From Raillietiella orientalis (Eukaryota), in NCBI GenBank assembly GCA_036172245.1, contig JAYWIR010000004.1:1426001-1490000 (forward strand): a stretch of 64,000 nt of DNA. The letters run 5' to 3'. Position 1 is the stretch's first letter, and each line of letters opens with the position of its first letter. A program made the translations under genes and the position numbers. Below, one piece after another: positions 52,566-64,000 of this stretch. A model generated the notes under the pieces. That model worked only from the letters and a program-made list of their open reading frames with translations. It did not search any database and was not told where the DNA came from.

Positions 52566-53831
52566 TGCGCCCGGGAGAGAGCGGAAAGAGGCGGAGGACG
52601 AGGAACTCTGTGTGCGCGCCTTCCCCACCCCCTCCCCCGCCTCTCCTCCCTGCACTTTCGGGGGCCCGAGCGTTCGTTCCCCCGGAAAGTTCCCAGGAAG
52701 GGGCTGGCTGGGAAAGTCTCCCCTCGTCTTCCCTCCACCCCTGGGTGGAGGAAGGACTGTCGCCGCCCGCTTCCACCGGGCCTATTTCCTCCCCCCTCCT
52801 CCTCCCCGCCTCTTCGGCCGCTGACGTCACCTCCCGTGTCCGTCGAGGCCGCCTGTTCCCTCCCTTGGGTACCCATCGACCGCGAAGGGGGAGGGAGGGG
52901 AATGGGGGAGGAGGAGCACGTCCCCCGCCGGTCTATTTATCACGGCGCTAACACCCGTGAGCTCCTGACAATGGGGTGACAAATCCAGCGTGACCCCATT
53001 GAAAGCGATGACTCCCGGAGGCTGTCCGCCGGTGCCTCTGTCGGCGGCCGCCGCCGTTAACCGGGAGATGAGCGATGGCGTCCCGCCGGAGCGCGCGGGA
53101 ACAAAAAGCCGCCGGACGCTTTCCCCTTGGGTGACTCTGGGCAAAGGGGGGACGCGCGGAACGCGTCGTCGGTCGAGGGGACTCGCCTTTCTCTCCCCCC
53201 AGTCGTCTCCCGGCAGCGGCGGAGCGAGAGCCCGTGGCAACCCCGGCGGCTGGGAGACATCTGGCGAGACCGCCCGTCCCTCCCGGGCCGCGTGCGGAAG
53301 GAAGGGGTGTGTACGCACCTCCCTCTTCCCTGGTCGCGCATCCCCTTCCCGGGAAGACCCGATCTCTCCGACTCCTTTCCGGCTCGCAGGAGAGAGGGGG
53401 CTCTGGAGGAGCTTCCGGCTTCCCGCGTGGGTCCTCCGAAAAGTCCGGGGAGGAACCTCCGCGATGATGGGGCCCTTCTGGAGCGTCCGCGCGGGAAACG
53501 TCCGTCTGGGCGGTGCCGCCTGGAATATCTGCAGGGAGGATGGGGGAGAAGGGGGGGAGGGGCGCATCAACGGTCCTCCTCCTCGCGGGGAAGTGCGAGT
53601 GCGCCGCTCTCCGCGCCAGAAGCGGCTGGTCCAGGGGATGATGCCGGGGGAGAGGCCGCTACGCGAAGGGACGAGCCTTCGGTGCTGCCGCAGCTGCGCT
53701 CCTCCCCCCCTTTCCTTCCCGAGGCCGCGTCCGGTCGGCACCGCGCGCGCGCGCAGGTGCGTCCGGCCGCGCCTGTCGGTGTCTCCTCAGCCCTCCTTCG
53801 GAGGCCGCCCCGAGTGTTCCCGGGACCCCTG

Positions 53832-53912
53832 CCTTTGAAAGCGGCTGGAGTGGCCGCCGAGCGCGCGCGCGCGGCTTCTCAGAGTGGTGTTGACAAGACG
53901 GGATCTTTGATC
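53832..53912. promoter_or_regulatory. Candidate TCF/Wnt-responsive element upstream of hkb
   Basis: CCTTTGAA (53832-39), GCCGCC helper-like site (53853-58), CTTTGATC (53905-12). Confidence 0.3.
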
Positions 53913-56309
53913 CCCTCCCCGCCGGCCCACGAGGCGCGGGCTTCACGGTCAATTGACCCCGAAAGGCGTCGGCGGCACTCGCAGAAGGCGGTCGCCTCTG
54001 CTGCTCCACCGCCGCCGAGAGGCGCAGCCTCGGGGTGAGATGCGGGTCGGCCCCATTGTGCTCCGCCGGGCGGCCCCAGCATTCTTCGCGTCCTCCTCCT
54101 TTTCCTCCTTCCTCCTCCTTCTCAGCCCCCTTTCGACGCCTTCCGCGCTTCCAAAAGAGGAAGTCTCTTCCTGTTGCTCCATTGCTTCCCGGTGGAAAGC
54201 AGAGGAGGAGGAGAGGAAGGGGGGCAGGGGCGTCAGATACGAGGTGGAAGGCCCAGAACGGGATAGCTGCATCGGCGGCCAACCGCCTGTCGGAGTGGCA
54301 GTGGGGTCATGAGGTGGCATCACAGTCGCCCGCGAAGCCTCTGTCCGGCGTGGCGCGCGGCACCGGGAGCGTCAGAGAAGGCGCCCGGTCCTTCTCGGAC
54401 GTGGACCGACTCTCGAAACGGTAGAATGGGGGAGGAGGCTCGGAAAAAGCAGGGATGGGGAGTGAGCAGCAGCTGCGCCACCGTCGCTCGAAAGGGGGGC
54501 GTTTCGTTCCCGCCTGAAACCTTTCGGGAAGGAAAGGAATTCCCGCCTCCTCCTGCTCTCCCGTTCATGCTGCTCCCTTTCTTCTTCCCCTTCCTCTCCA
54601 CCCCCACCTTTTTTTTCCCCTCCCGCCTCCCCCCTTTTTTTCCGCTCCCTTTATTCTTCCTCGAGAAGCCTCGCCACATGACTTAACGGGTTCTTCGCGA
54701 AGAAAGGCAGAACGAGAGGAGGGAGAGGCCGGGAGCCGGGTGATGGGGAGACGAGGAAGGGAAGGACCCGTCGATCGAGCCGTCGCAACTCCCCTCTTCC
54801 CCTCTCCCCTTGCAGGGAAGGCGAGGGCACTCTCTCCTCCCATCCAATCAGGGCGCTGCGCTTCCTGCCTTCAACTGGAGGGGTCACGCCCTTCCGCTTT
54901 TGCGCCATCGGTCGCCGTCGTCGGCCCTGCGCGTTTGCAGCTTCTGGCGCTGCGGACCCGCGGAGCGAAAAGGGGGAAGTGAATGGGCAAAGAGTGGGAG
55001 TGCGCGCCTTGTCGCTCGGAGCTCCATCCACCGTCACTTCAGTGGCGTCGGCTTCTCCCTGCAGGTGTCCACATGCCCCCTCTTTGCTTCCGGGGTCACC
55101 CTCCCTCCTTCGAACCTCCGAGAGCAGGACTAGCGGGTTCGTTGTCGGGATACCCTGCCCCCTGGAGGCAGCCGTCAGGAGTGGATCCAGGAATCCGGAG
55201 TGATAAGGGAAGGCGCTCCCTTTTTCGTCCCTGTCTCCCGAACACGACTACCTTTCCGAACTAAAGGGAGGTCCCGCGGGCTAGTTCCCCTGGAAGAAAG
55301 ATTTCCCGGGAGCAACTGCTGTTTCTCCTTGCTTCGGAAAAGGGGGAAAAAGGGGGGAAAAGGGGGAAGAGAGGAGGAAGGAAAACGCCATCGTCGGGAC
55401 ATCCAGAGCTCCTTCCGTGATCTGAAAAGGCGGCACGGTCAGGAACCGGTCGCCTTGCAAGGAGGAAGGTCCCTCTTTTGCTTTGCCTCTTGGAGGTTCC
55501 AGTGGAGGAACCTTTTCGCTCCGGGTCTTCTCAGATCCGAGCTGGGGAGGATCTCCGGTCAGGAGTACGCAGCCTTCCCCGGCTCGCGGTTCCGAAAATC
55601 CACTTCCCTCCGTCCCGCTGGGATCTTCAGCAGCGCCCTCGTCCCGTTCGAGCGGGATGGCGGGCTTTTCGGGGAGCCGCCGCTTGCCGTGTGGCCACTC
55701 TGAAAGGCAGGACAAAGGAAGGGGGTTGAAGGTGGGGAAACGAGATCGCCGGGAGAGGTCAGTCCTGCACCCCGTTCCCCTTTTCGGCGAACCCTTGGCG
55801 GCCTCTCGAAGGTGCGACGGTGTTGTCCCTCTTTCCTCCTCCCCACCACCGCCATCATGCAAGAAACGTCACAACACCTCGACGGTTGGCGGGACCCACC
55901 ATTTTTCTTTCTTTTCACCTGAAAGGGGGAGGGGGGGAGTGATATTCAAAGCCTCCAGCCGACTTCTCGACCCGATGCACGGCGCCCGCCTGTCCCGTGA
56001 CCCCGGTGGCCTTCGATGGCTTCCCGTCGCCGTCGACCTCCTGGACGGAGGGAGCGCCTTCCTTCACTCCTCCTTCTCCTCCTCTTGCAGCCTACTCCCT
56101 TCCATTCCCTCCCTCTCTTTTTCTTCCTCACGCTTTTTCCGTGGGGATTCGGGATTGCGCCACCTTCACTTCCCCCGCCCCCATTCCTAATCCCCATAAC
56201 ACCATCCATCAACTTCGAGGGCCACTCCACTGCCTGCTCTCTTCAGAAATCCCGTCTCCCCATCCGCAACCCACCATCAATCAAACCACCCTGACAAAAA
56301 AAGACCAAA

Positions 56310-56372
56310 GAAGAAGAAGAAGAAGAAGAAGGATGATGAGGAGGAGGAGGAACAAAAAAAAGAAAAAAAAAA
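56310..56372. repeat. Compound (GAA)n(GAT)(GAG)n plus poly-A purine tract
   Basis: gaagaagaagaagaagaagaaggatgatgaggaggaggaggaac followed by A-runs. Confidence 0.9.
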
Positions 56373-57999
56373 GGTGTGTGCGGGAGGGAGAGAAGCAAAA
56401 TCGCATTTGTCATCTGCTGCAGCTTACGCCCATGTACCTGGACTCACCAAAGGGCCACACCAGAGCGGGAGGAGCAGCGCGTGCGCCCTTCCTTGGGCGG
56501 CTTGCAGAACGGGGCCATTCAGCGGAGCGCGCGCGGTTCTCGGGCAGCATTCACGGGGACGTCAGCCGTTCTGCTCCTCCTCCTCCCCGCACCGAGGAGC
56601 TCCGCGAGGCGGGAAATCTTCGCAGGAGCCTTCCCCTCTCTTGTTCCCGCTCCTCCTCGTCCTTCCGCCTCTTTCATGGTGCTCCGGAGGAGGGCCCCAG
56701 GACCGAGCAGGACGGCGACTCCGCATTTTGTTCGGAGATGACGGATGGCGTGCAGCGCCCGCGGTCCATTGTGAAGATCGCCCTCATCAAATTCCACTTT
56801 CCGCGAAACATGTGGACCCGCTCTCGAGAGAGCCCGGCTAGCACTCCGCTGGCGTCCCGGTGTAGTAGCCAGAGGGCCGGTCGTCCCAACTCGGGTCCCC
56901 GGAGGAGGACCTCGGGGGAAGGATGGGAAGAGAACGGGGAGTGAGGCCTCCACCTGTGACAAACACGGAGGCAAGAGGAGTAATCTCTTAGTCTCCCCCT
57001 CTCCTCCTTCCTCCTCCCCCCATGTCCCCCGAATCAATTCGCCTTCCCACTGCAGAGCCTTTAATGCGCACGCGCACCCATGAGCTGCTTCTTCGGCTCG
57101 CGCGCTCCTGATTTATCCACGCTTTCCCCTAATTCCAGCCCCTCCAATCAGCGGCTTCGGACAGCTTCCCGGGAGATAGGTCGTCCTGCGCATTGTCGTC
57201 CTCCCTCGGAAGCTCCTCTCCCTGGAGAACCAGACCGGTGAGGAAGGCTTGGTCCTCCCCACTTTGTTCTGGTCACGAAAGCTGTGAGTGGAAACGCATA
57301 ATTGCTCCCAGGTGAGCGAGGAGGTGAGCTCTGCATCGGTCTCCAGCTGGTGATGCGGAGATGCGCTGCCCGGTCGCTTGAGGATCGGCTCTCACCGGTG
57401 CACCGGCGCGGGGCGGCGGCGGCAGTTGTCCAGGTCGACTGCTGAGGTGGCCGCCAGACGTGCTCAGGACGTCGGGTTCGCACAGCGCCTTCCGAGAGGG
57501 AATCTGGAGGAGAGGGTCTCCCGCAGGATGGACGGCCGCAGTCGAGGCAAGGGGGAAGGGTCATATAGGGAGGTGGCAGACGCGGCTCCTTAAGCTGAGG
57601 CGACGCGACCAGGGGGGGATGTGCCGTGGCTCTGTGCTGGCGCTTCGCCTGCTGCGAAGGCGCATGTGGCAGCGGGAGCACGCGTGACGGCCGCAGGGGA
57701 CCGGAGGGATTCCGGACACGGCGACCTCCATCACCGAATTCCCCTGCTACGCTGACCTCTTGCCGTCACGTCTCCGCTTAGCCGTGAGCATCCTGGTGTT
57801 GGCCAGCTACTCGGCCAACGTAACTCCTCTTCCCTTGGCGCTCATGTCAACTTCCGGCGAGCCTACCTCTCTCAGACATCCCGCCTTGACAGAGAATCAC
57901 CGCGGCGCTGCCCGTTCCGAAGCGCCCAGACAAAGCGCGAGGACGTACGTCAGCTTCCGCGTCTCCTGAGGGAGACGAGAGCGAAAGAATCCCCTTCTG

Positions 58000-60124
58000 G
58001 CAGTTCCCTGGAGCCGCAGGCCCGCGGGACGAAAAGGGGGAAGCGGGAGGGCAGAGAGAGAGGGTGCGCCTTGCCATCTGGAAGGGGAGCTTCCCCTGAT
58101 GATCCCCCCCCCCCTCGAGCTCGTCAGATGCCTCGCGACCGCAAGCGGGAATGGAGGGGAGGGAGGGGGTGGTCCTCGGCGAAAGCCCAGCGCCCGGTCT
58201 CGTCACAGGTAGCTTCTAGGACCCCGTCGAGTAGGAGAGAGATAAGAAGGGGACCGCTTCGCCCTGCCGCACGCACTCGCAAACGCCGCGCGCGGGAGCA
58301 GAGGAGAAGCGGACAGCGATCGGATTCGCCCGCAGGCACGGCTCCGATGGCGGTCTCAGCCTCCTCGCGTATCCAGGTTTCGGGAACCGCCAGTCTCTGG
58401 CGAAGTCCGGCGGCAACCGCACGTAAGAGGGCAGCTTCACCCGCACCGGTTTTAGGTTTCTCCGACACGTCGCGCCTATTGGTGGGCGTTCCCCTCGCCT
58501 CCCCACTCTCTCAGCGTTCCAGAACGCAGTCTTTTCTGCTGCTCTGCCCGTGGGCGCGCGCGTCGCTCCCAGCTAGGACTCCCCATCCTTCTCTGAGATT
58601 CCTCAGCTCGCTTGGAAATGTACTGAACACCGGTTGCGGGCGCGACTCTGTCAGGAAGACCGTCCCGAATTCCCTTCCACCGGATCGCCGCCATTTTCTT
58701 TTCGTCATCGGCGCCGTGATGGCGCCGACGAATCTTCCAGGTCCGTGCTCCTGGAGGCTCGGTTGCTCCTTGCGGAGCCGGCTGTTACTACAGCACCGGC
58801 TCCTTCCGAACGCTTCGCCGGGATGGAGGCTCCAATGGGGCACTCGATGCGAGCTTCACTGCGCCCTACGGCTGAAATAGGCCGTCGTGAGCGGCCTGCG
58901 TGCGCTCGAGGGATCTCCAGCTCTCTCGTTTCTCGGAAGCCACATCTGTCCACCAGCTCTCAGAGTGATGCCGGTTGTCCACTGGAGGGAAAGAGGAGAG
59001 TTGGGCAGCACTCCTTCTCCCCCTCGAGAGCAGCCACCAATCTCTCGGAGGGGAATGGATAGGCCGAGGTGCATCGCGCCTCGGCCTATCATACAAAGGT
59101 CATCAAAGATCATACAGACAGAGGTTCGGAAAGCCTGTCTGCAGGGATGCAAGCCAGTCAGAGGTAGTAACGTCACCGCCGGCGACGAGAGGTGTTGCAT
59201 AGAAGTAGCGGAACACTTGCTGCTGGACCTCTGGAAAGGAGGTGTCTTCAGGGTGGAGCAAAAAGAATGCTCCGAGGCTGTCCTGCTTCGTTGAGCGCCA
59301 TTCCCTCAGTGAGAGCCGCGAGACCTGCGGGCAGGGAAGCACGGAAGGTTTCCCAGAGAGCTGCCCTGGCGCCGTTGCTCCGGGAGGGAGAATGGGGCGG
59401 AAGAGGGAAGGGAACGCCGAAAGTCTCAGTTTTTTATTTTTATTTTCCCCTCAAGGTACGAAAGGCGTCCGTCTGCATGCTCCCTTCGGCTACAGCACGG
59501 CGAGAAGCGGTCGGATCTCTTCCTCCCGGAGCAGAACTACGGGGAGAGCTGCAGTTCTAGCTCTGGGATTAGGAGGATGGGAGGGAGGGTGTTATAGAGG
59601 AGTCAGCGTCTCACAGGCGTGAGAAGCCGAAGTGACGCGCCTCCTACGTGCCCACGGCTCCGGTGAAGAAGGGCCTGTTGATTCCAGACCCACTTCTCGA
59701 GGTAGTAGCGGGAGGGCTTGGTGGCGGTGGCGATCCCGCTACGAGCGGTAAAGGGGCGGATGGAGACTCTAGAACGCGCCCCAAAGGGCGCTGAATTTCT
59801 GAATCCTTCAGGGTGATACTCTGGGTCGAAAGCCCTTGCCAGGGGATGCGCCCAGCATCCGGCCTTGAAAGCCTGCAGGGAGCTCATCCAAAATAACTGC
59901 CCGGTGAATGCGCGCGACCCGGCGAGATGGGGTTTCACCCCTCGCAACAGTGGAGCTCCTTTTTCTTTCTCCCCCCTTCTGAGACTCCCTGGAAACCCGG
60001 ACGCAGTTCGGAGAGTTCCGTGTGGGGTGTTGCATCCGCATCCCTTTCCTTTCTTCCTTCCTGTGGCAGTCGAGCAGCAGACGGCGGGTCCGCGGCGAGG
60101 GTCGGCGACCGCGGTGAGCGTCAC
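58000..60124 (-). mobile_element. Decayed DIRS-like reverse transcriptase/RNase H
   Basis: Ordered motifs: HLAGSRAFTGQLFW (GGRL..F...W), DPEYHPEGFR (DP......GY), YYLEKW, GAFFLLHPEDTSF..QVFRYFYATP (DAYF.I.IHPED...F), CMIFDDLCMI (YLDD equivalent). Confidence 0.55.
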
Positions 60125-63100
60125 CCTAGGGCTGCCGCCGTGCTCTTCAGGTTGCAGGGACTACGCCAGTCGCCGGGAGGAGCATCCTCGGGCCGGGATT
60201 CTGCTGGCCGGTGGCGAGTCCCTGGGGCGAGGTCAAGCTCTACCCGTGTTACGCGCGCGTGTCATCGGGGGTGGAGCCCGCCGGCTGTTCGACCTCTCGC
60301 TGCTCCGCAACCAGCACCAGCAGGGGAACCCCAGAGCACTCCCGGGCTGGAGAAACCTGTAAGAAGATGCCCGTAGCGTGGGTGTGGAGGGGATAGGGAG
60401 GAGCGACACGGGATTTCGGCAGCTCTGATGTAGGCATTTTTCTCCCGAGGCCGCACGCGTGCGGCTAGAGGAGGGGCTCCGCCAAGAGAGCGGGAGAGAG
60501 GTAGGTAGAGTCGTCCTGTCTCGTTCCCTTTTCTTCCCTTCCGCCCTCCACCTCCCTCCCTCCCTCCTTATTCCTCACGTGCTCGTTATTCTCGCAATGT
60601 GCCTCAAACTCCCGCACCGGGGGACTAGACCTCGCTCCTGGGAAGGGCTCCTCCTCCTCCCAGAGGCTCGTGAGAGCGCGGACTAGGGGATCATCTCCGG
60701 TGTCCCCGAGAGGAAGGATATCCCGTTTCCTGAGAGCTCTCGAGAGCGTCCACGCGAAGACCCTCTACCTAGGATGGAGGGGAAGGAAGGAGTTAGTCCC
60801 TGCGGATTGGGTGCTCGCTGGCGCTCCGCAAAAAAACCCCGAGACAAAGTCGTCTGTGCCTTGGGCAAACTCCTGCCCTCACTCTCCCTACGCGATAGGG
60901 GATCGAACGCGGGTGAGTTTTCTGGGAGGCGGAAGGGGAAATCTCCCGCCTCCTCAGTCCTTATTTTTGCGGGGCACTGATGGGCGCTCAGGATGGAACC
61001 CTTCTTCTCGGGGAAGCAGCGGAGGTCCAGCTCGCCCTCGCAGAGCGGAGTGTCGTGGAAGCGACCCGTGCGGAACGGACTACCCCTGAGTGTCGGGGAT
61101 CGGCGTTTCCCCCCCTCTACTAACACCCGGACTCTCTTTCTTCCCTTTCCCCATTTCCCCCTTTTTTCTGGATGAGAGTGGCCTCGCAGCGGTGAGGGTA
61201 CGAGCTCCTCCCGGGGGAGCCGTGACGCCTGGAAGCGGCTGCGCGAGGGATGGGCAAGGGGGACGCTAGACCCCTTACGGACCACGGAGGGCTCTCCCGT
61301 CCTGCAAGTTCATGTTGCAAGGGGAACGCGATGAGCCATCGGAGACCACAACTTTCCCCTCCCCCCTCCTTTTTTCTCCCTTTTTTTCGATTTCTGGCGC
61401 GCCCTGCTGTTGCTGTGGTTTTGTTATTTTTTTGGGGGAGGGATGGGGGTGAGGGGTGAGGAGGGGAAGAGGACACGGAGGAGGAGGAGGAAGAGGAGGC
61501 AACCATCCCCTCGTTCCCCCCGCGGTGCCGGCGGAACTTTCCTTTTCGCTCGCTACTGCTGTCCTCCCCGCTCCTCCCCCTCGCGTCCTTCCATTCACGG
61601 CTGGGCGGGGAAACGACACTTCGCTCCCCGCCCTTCCCCTTCGTCCTCTCGCGCCCGCGACCCTATCAGAAAAAAAAAAAAAAAAAGGAAGAACCGGCTG
61701 GAGCGGAGGATTCGCAGTGTCGGCGGCGCAGATCGAACGGAACGGGAGAGACTTTCTCACTCTGCTACTTTCACGGAAAGGGCCCGGACTGAAGCGATGG
61801 CACCAGGAAAGCGAATGAAGGGAGAGGGGGCGAGAGGAGTAACCCGACTCGTCCCTGCCCATGCCACTTCCCTTCCCTTCCTCAGCACACAGCCCACTCG
61901 CTTTAGGGATTCCCCTTGTGAATCCTACTCTTCTTGCCTCCTAGTCACTACCGGCTGGGCAGCGAAAGAGAAACGAGAACGCGGCATGGGGATAGGGAGG
62001 AGACGAAGGAAGGGAGGAATAGCTGCTTCCCACCACTTCCTCCTCTCCTTTCTTTCCTTCCCTGAGGAGAGCCACGCAATCCCGTGGAGCCAGGATGGGA
62101 CTCCATACCCCAGGCAGCGCTCCTCAGCAAAGGATGCAGTCCTTCTCATCTTTTTTTCTTCGAAGGAGACGAAGGGCTTTGAGGGACAAGCGGGGTCTCT
62201 CGCAAGCGGAGTCAGCTGCATCACGCCTCAGGGTCAAGAGAGGTTGCACGTCACGGAAGCTATCCCCATTCCGAGAAGGAAAGGGTGAGAGAGGAAGGGA
62301 AGGTGTCTGTCGGACGCCGGTCTTTCTCCTCACCTCCTGAGGCACTGGAAACCGAGAGGCAGGGAGGGAGGTAATGACGAGATCGTCCCGAAAAAAACAG
62401 TCTGGGTGAGGAGATGCCCACATCCCCTGTTGGTCTCCGCACGAAAGTAAGGAGCGCGGGCAAGGATGCCCCTGGCCCGAGGAAGGTGTCCGCCGCGAGC
62501 GCGCTGTGCAGCTGGCCACCTGCTCGCCGCCTCCTTTGCCTGCGGACGGGAAGTCGACGCGCGCGCGCGCGCATCTCCGGGCCCACCTCCTCGCTTTCTG
62601 AAAGGGTCCGCCCTTCGCCCTCCTCCCCGGAACAAAAAGCGAGCCCTGCGGCGGCTTCCATGAGCCGTCCGACTTGTTGCGGTTGTTCCGGGAAGGAACA
62701 AAAGGAACCTGGCTGCGGTCTGTCCGGAGGCGTCAATGGCGCGCCTCGCGGGAGGTACCGCCGCCCTTGAAAGAAGGCAGCGGTTCCTCCTCGCGCGTCG
62801 AAAAATTACCCGTCTGCGCAGCGCATCCTCCCGGCCAGCAATTTGCTCCTCTGACAGGGACCACAAAGAGGTCGCATTTTTTTTTTCCAAAGAGGAGCAT
62901 CGGGCACTCTCACCGGGCGCTATTCACCTTCTCCCCTTCCGACGGAGAACGACGGGAATCCATCCCGCTTATAGATTGATGGTGACGCTGACTAAACGGG
63001 GAGCAACAATGGTCACGCAATGACACCACGAGCCACTCTTCGCTTCGATGAATTGTGGGCACGCTTGATGCGCTGCTCCAGGGCTGGGAGATGAGTCTAT

Positions 63101-64000
63101 CTGCGACCCGATGAACCGAGACCGGCCTCCATCTAGACGTCGCGGTTGGGGGCGAATTCGTTTGCATTTCGGGAGCATCCCCCTCCCCTCCCCCCCAAAA
63201 AAAAGTGAAAAATAAATAAAACCAAACAGTGGAGGGACAGACGAAAAAAGAAGGACCTGTAGCGTGGCTTGAGAACAGATGGAGCTCACCGCTTCTAACG
63301 GAGGGGATTCGCTCAGTTCGCGCTCGCGGAGCGAGATGGTGCCTTCGGAGAGAAGCGCAGACGACGAGGGACAGGAAATAGAAGCCGGTGCAGGCAGTCA
63401 ACAGCCTCATGAGTGATTCCAGCGAGGATATTGAGCAGGAAGCGTTGAGGACAAGGAAGCTTCGCTTCCTAAGCACCCAGGGGTTTCGCTTGCATCCCTC
63501 TCGCACGCGTCGCCGCGCGATCCGAGGATCACTCGCTGACGAGGCGACATCTCCGGGCAGACCAGCTTCATCCAGGACTGCCCGACTGGAATTCTGCTGA
63601 TGACGCGAGAGGCACCCGCTGAAGCAAACGGAGCACACGAAGAGTGCACTGGAGAAGCGTACTGGGGCAGGTTCCTGTTTTTCTTTGGTGACGGAACAGA
63701 GGTCATGAGGAAGCACACCAGCCAGATCCTACCAAAGATCGAAAATCAGACGTACAGAAGCAGGAGATGAAATCTAAAGATGACCTGGATGCAATGCGGA
63801 TTTGGAGGTAGCATGGAGCCCACCCAATATTTCCATGAATCTAACCGGATGACAGAGTCGTTGGGATGCTGTTGCTTAACGTAAGGCGGCGTGAATGCAC
63901 TATCGTACAAAGCACCCGGATCATAGAAACACCACGTTCCGTGTCGGGAAGCAACGGACTTCGGGGCATTTTCTGTGCAACACTTTCGGCTTGCAGACGT

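Noticed and set aside
51262..52824. 520-aa plus-strand ORF and other long overlapping ORFs
   Set aside because: Antisense shadow of GC-rich hkb; low-complexity R/G/P/A with no recognisable domain.
52827..57700. Many 200-315 aa ORFs on both strands
   Set aside because: Expected from stop-codon scarcity in very GC-rich DNA; they run through microsatellites and have no family motifs.
63000..64000. Possible plus-strand DIRS RT remnant (LRFLSTQGFRL)
   Set aside because: Too few motifs to support a feature call.
1..64000. CRISPR arrays, operons, rRNA or other prokaryotic systems
   Set aside because: No regularly spaced repeat-spacer array or rRNA-like sequence was seen; genes have spliceosomal introns.

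Overview
Eukaryotic (invertebrate, probably arthropod) genomic DNA with spliceosomal GT-AG introns. The left part (~2-16 kb) is an AT-rich cluster of three genes: the last three coding exons of a FAM20C-type secretory kinase (+), a complete 8-exon adenylosuccinate lyase ADSL (-, tail-to-tail with FAM20C, five introns of only 43-53 nt) and a complete 4-exon O6-methylguanine-DNA methyltransferase MGMT (-). A possible decayed gene lies between ADSL and MGMT. The ~17-48.7 kb stretch is a gene-free transposon graveyard: many decayed DIRS-like (tyrosine-recombinase) retrotransposon fragments, one internally deleted Tigger/pogo element that appears to have captured flanking DNA, and a possible L1/Tx1 remnant. 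At 48.8-52.5 kb (-) lies a huckebein (hkb) C2H2 zinc-finger gene within a GC/CpG-rich domain. The most unusual signals are (i) a repeat family whose 5' end is tRNA-like (A/B box) and is followed by gag-like DIRS sequence, and (ii) the lack of an in-frame AUG upstream of the conserved hkb N-terminal motif. The TE assignments rest on by-eye motif recognition in degenerate sequence and need HMM confirmation. Most long ORFs in the GC-rich part are compositional artefacts.
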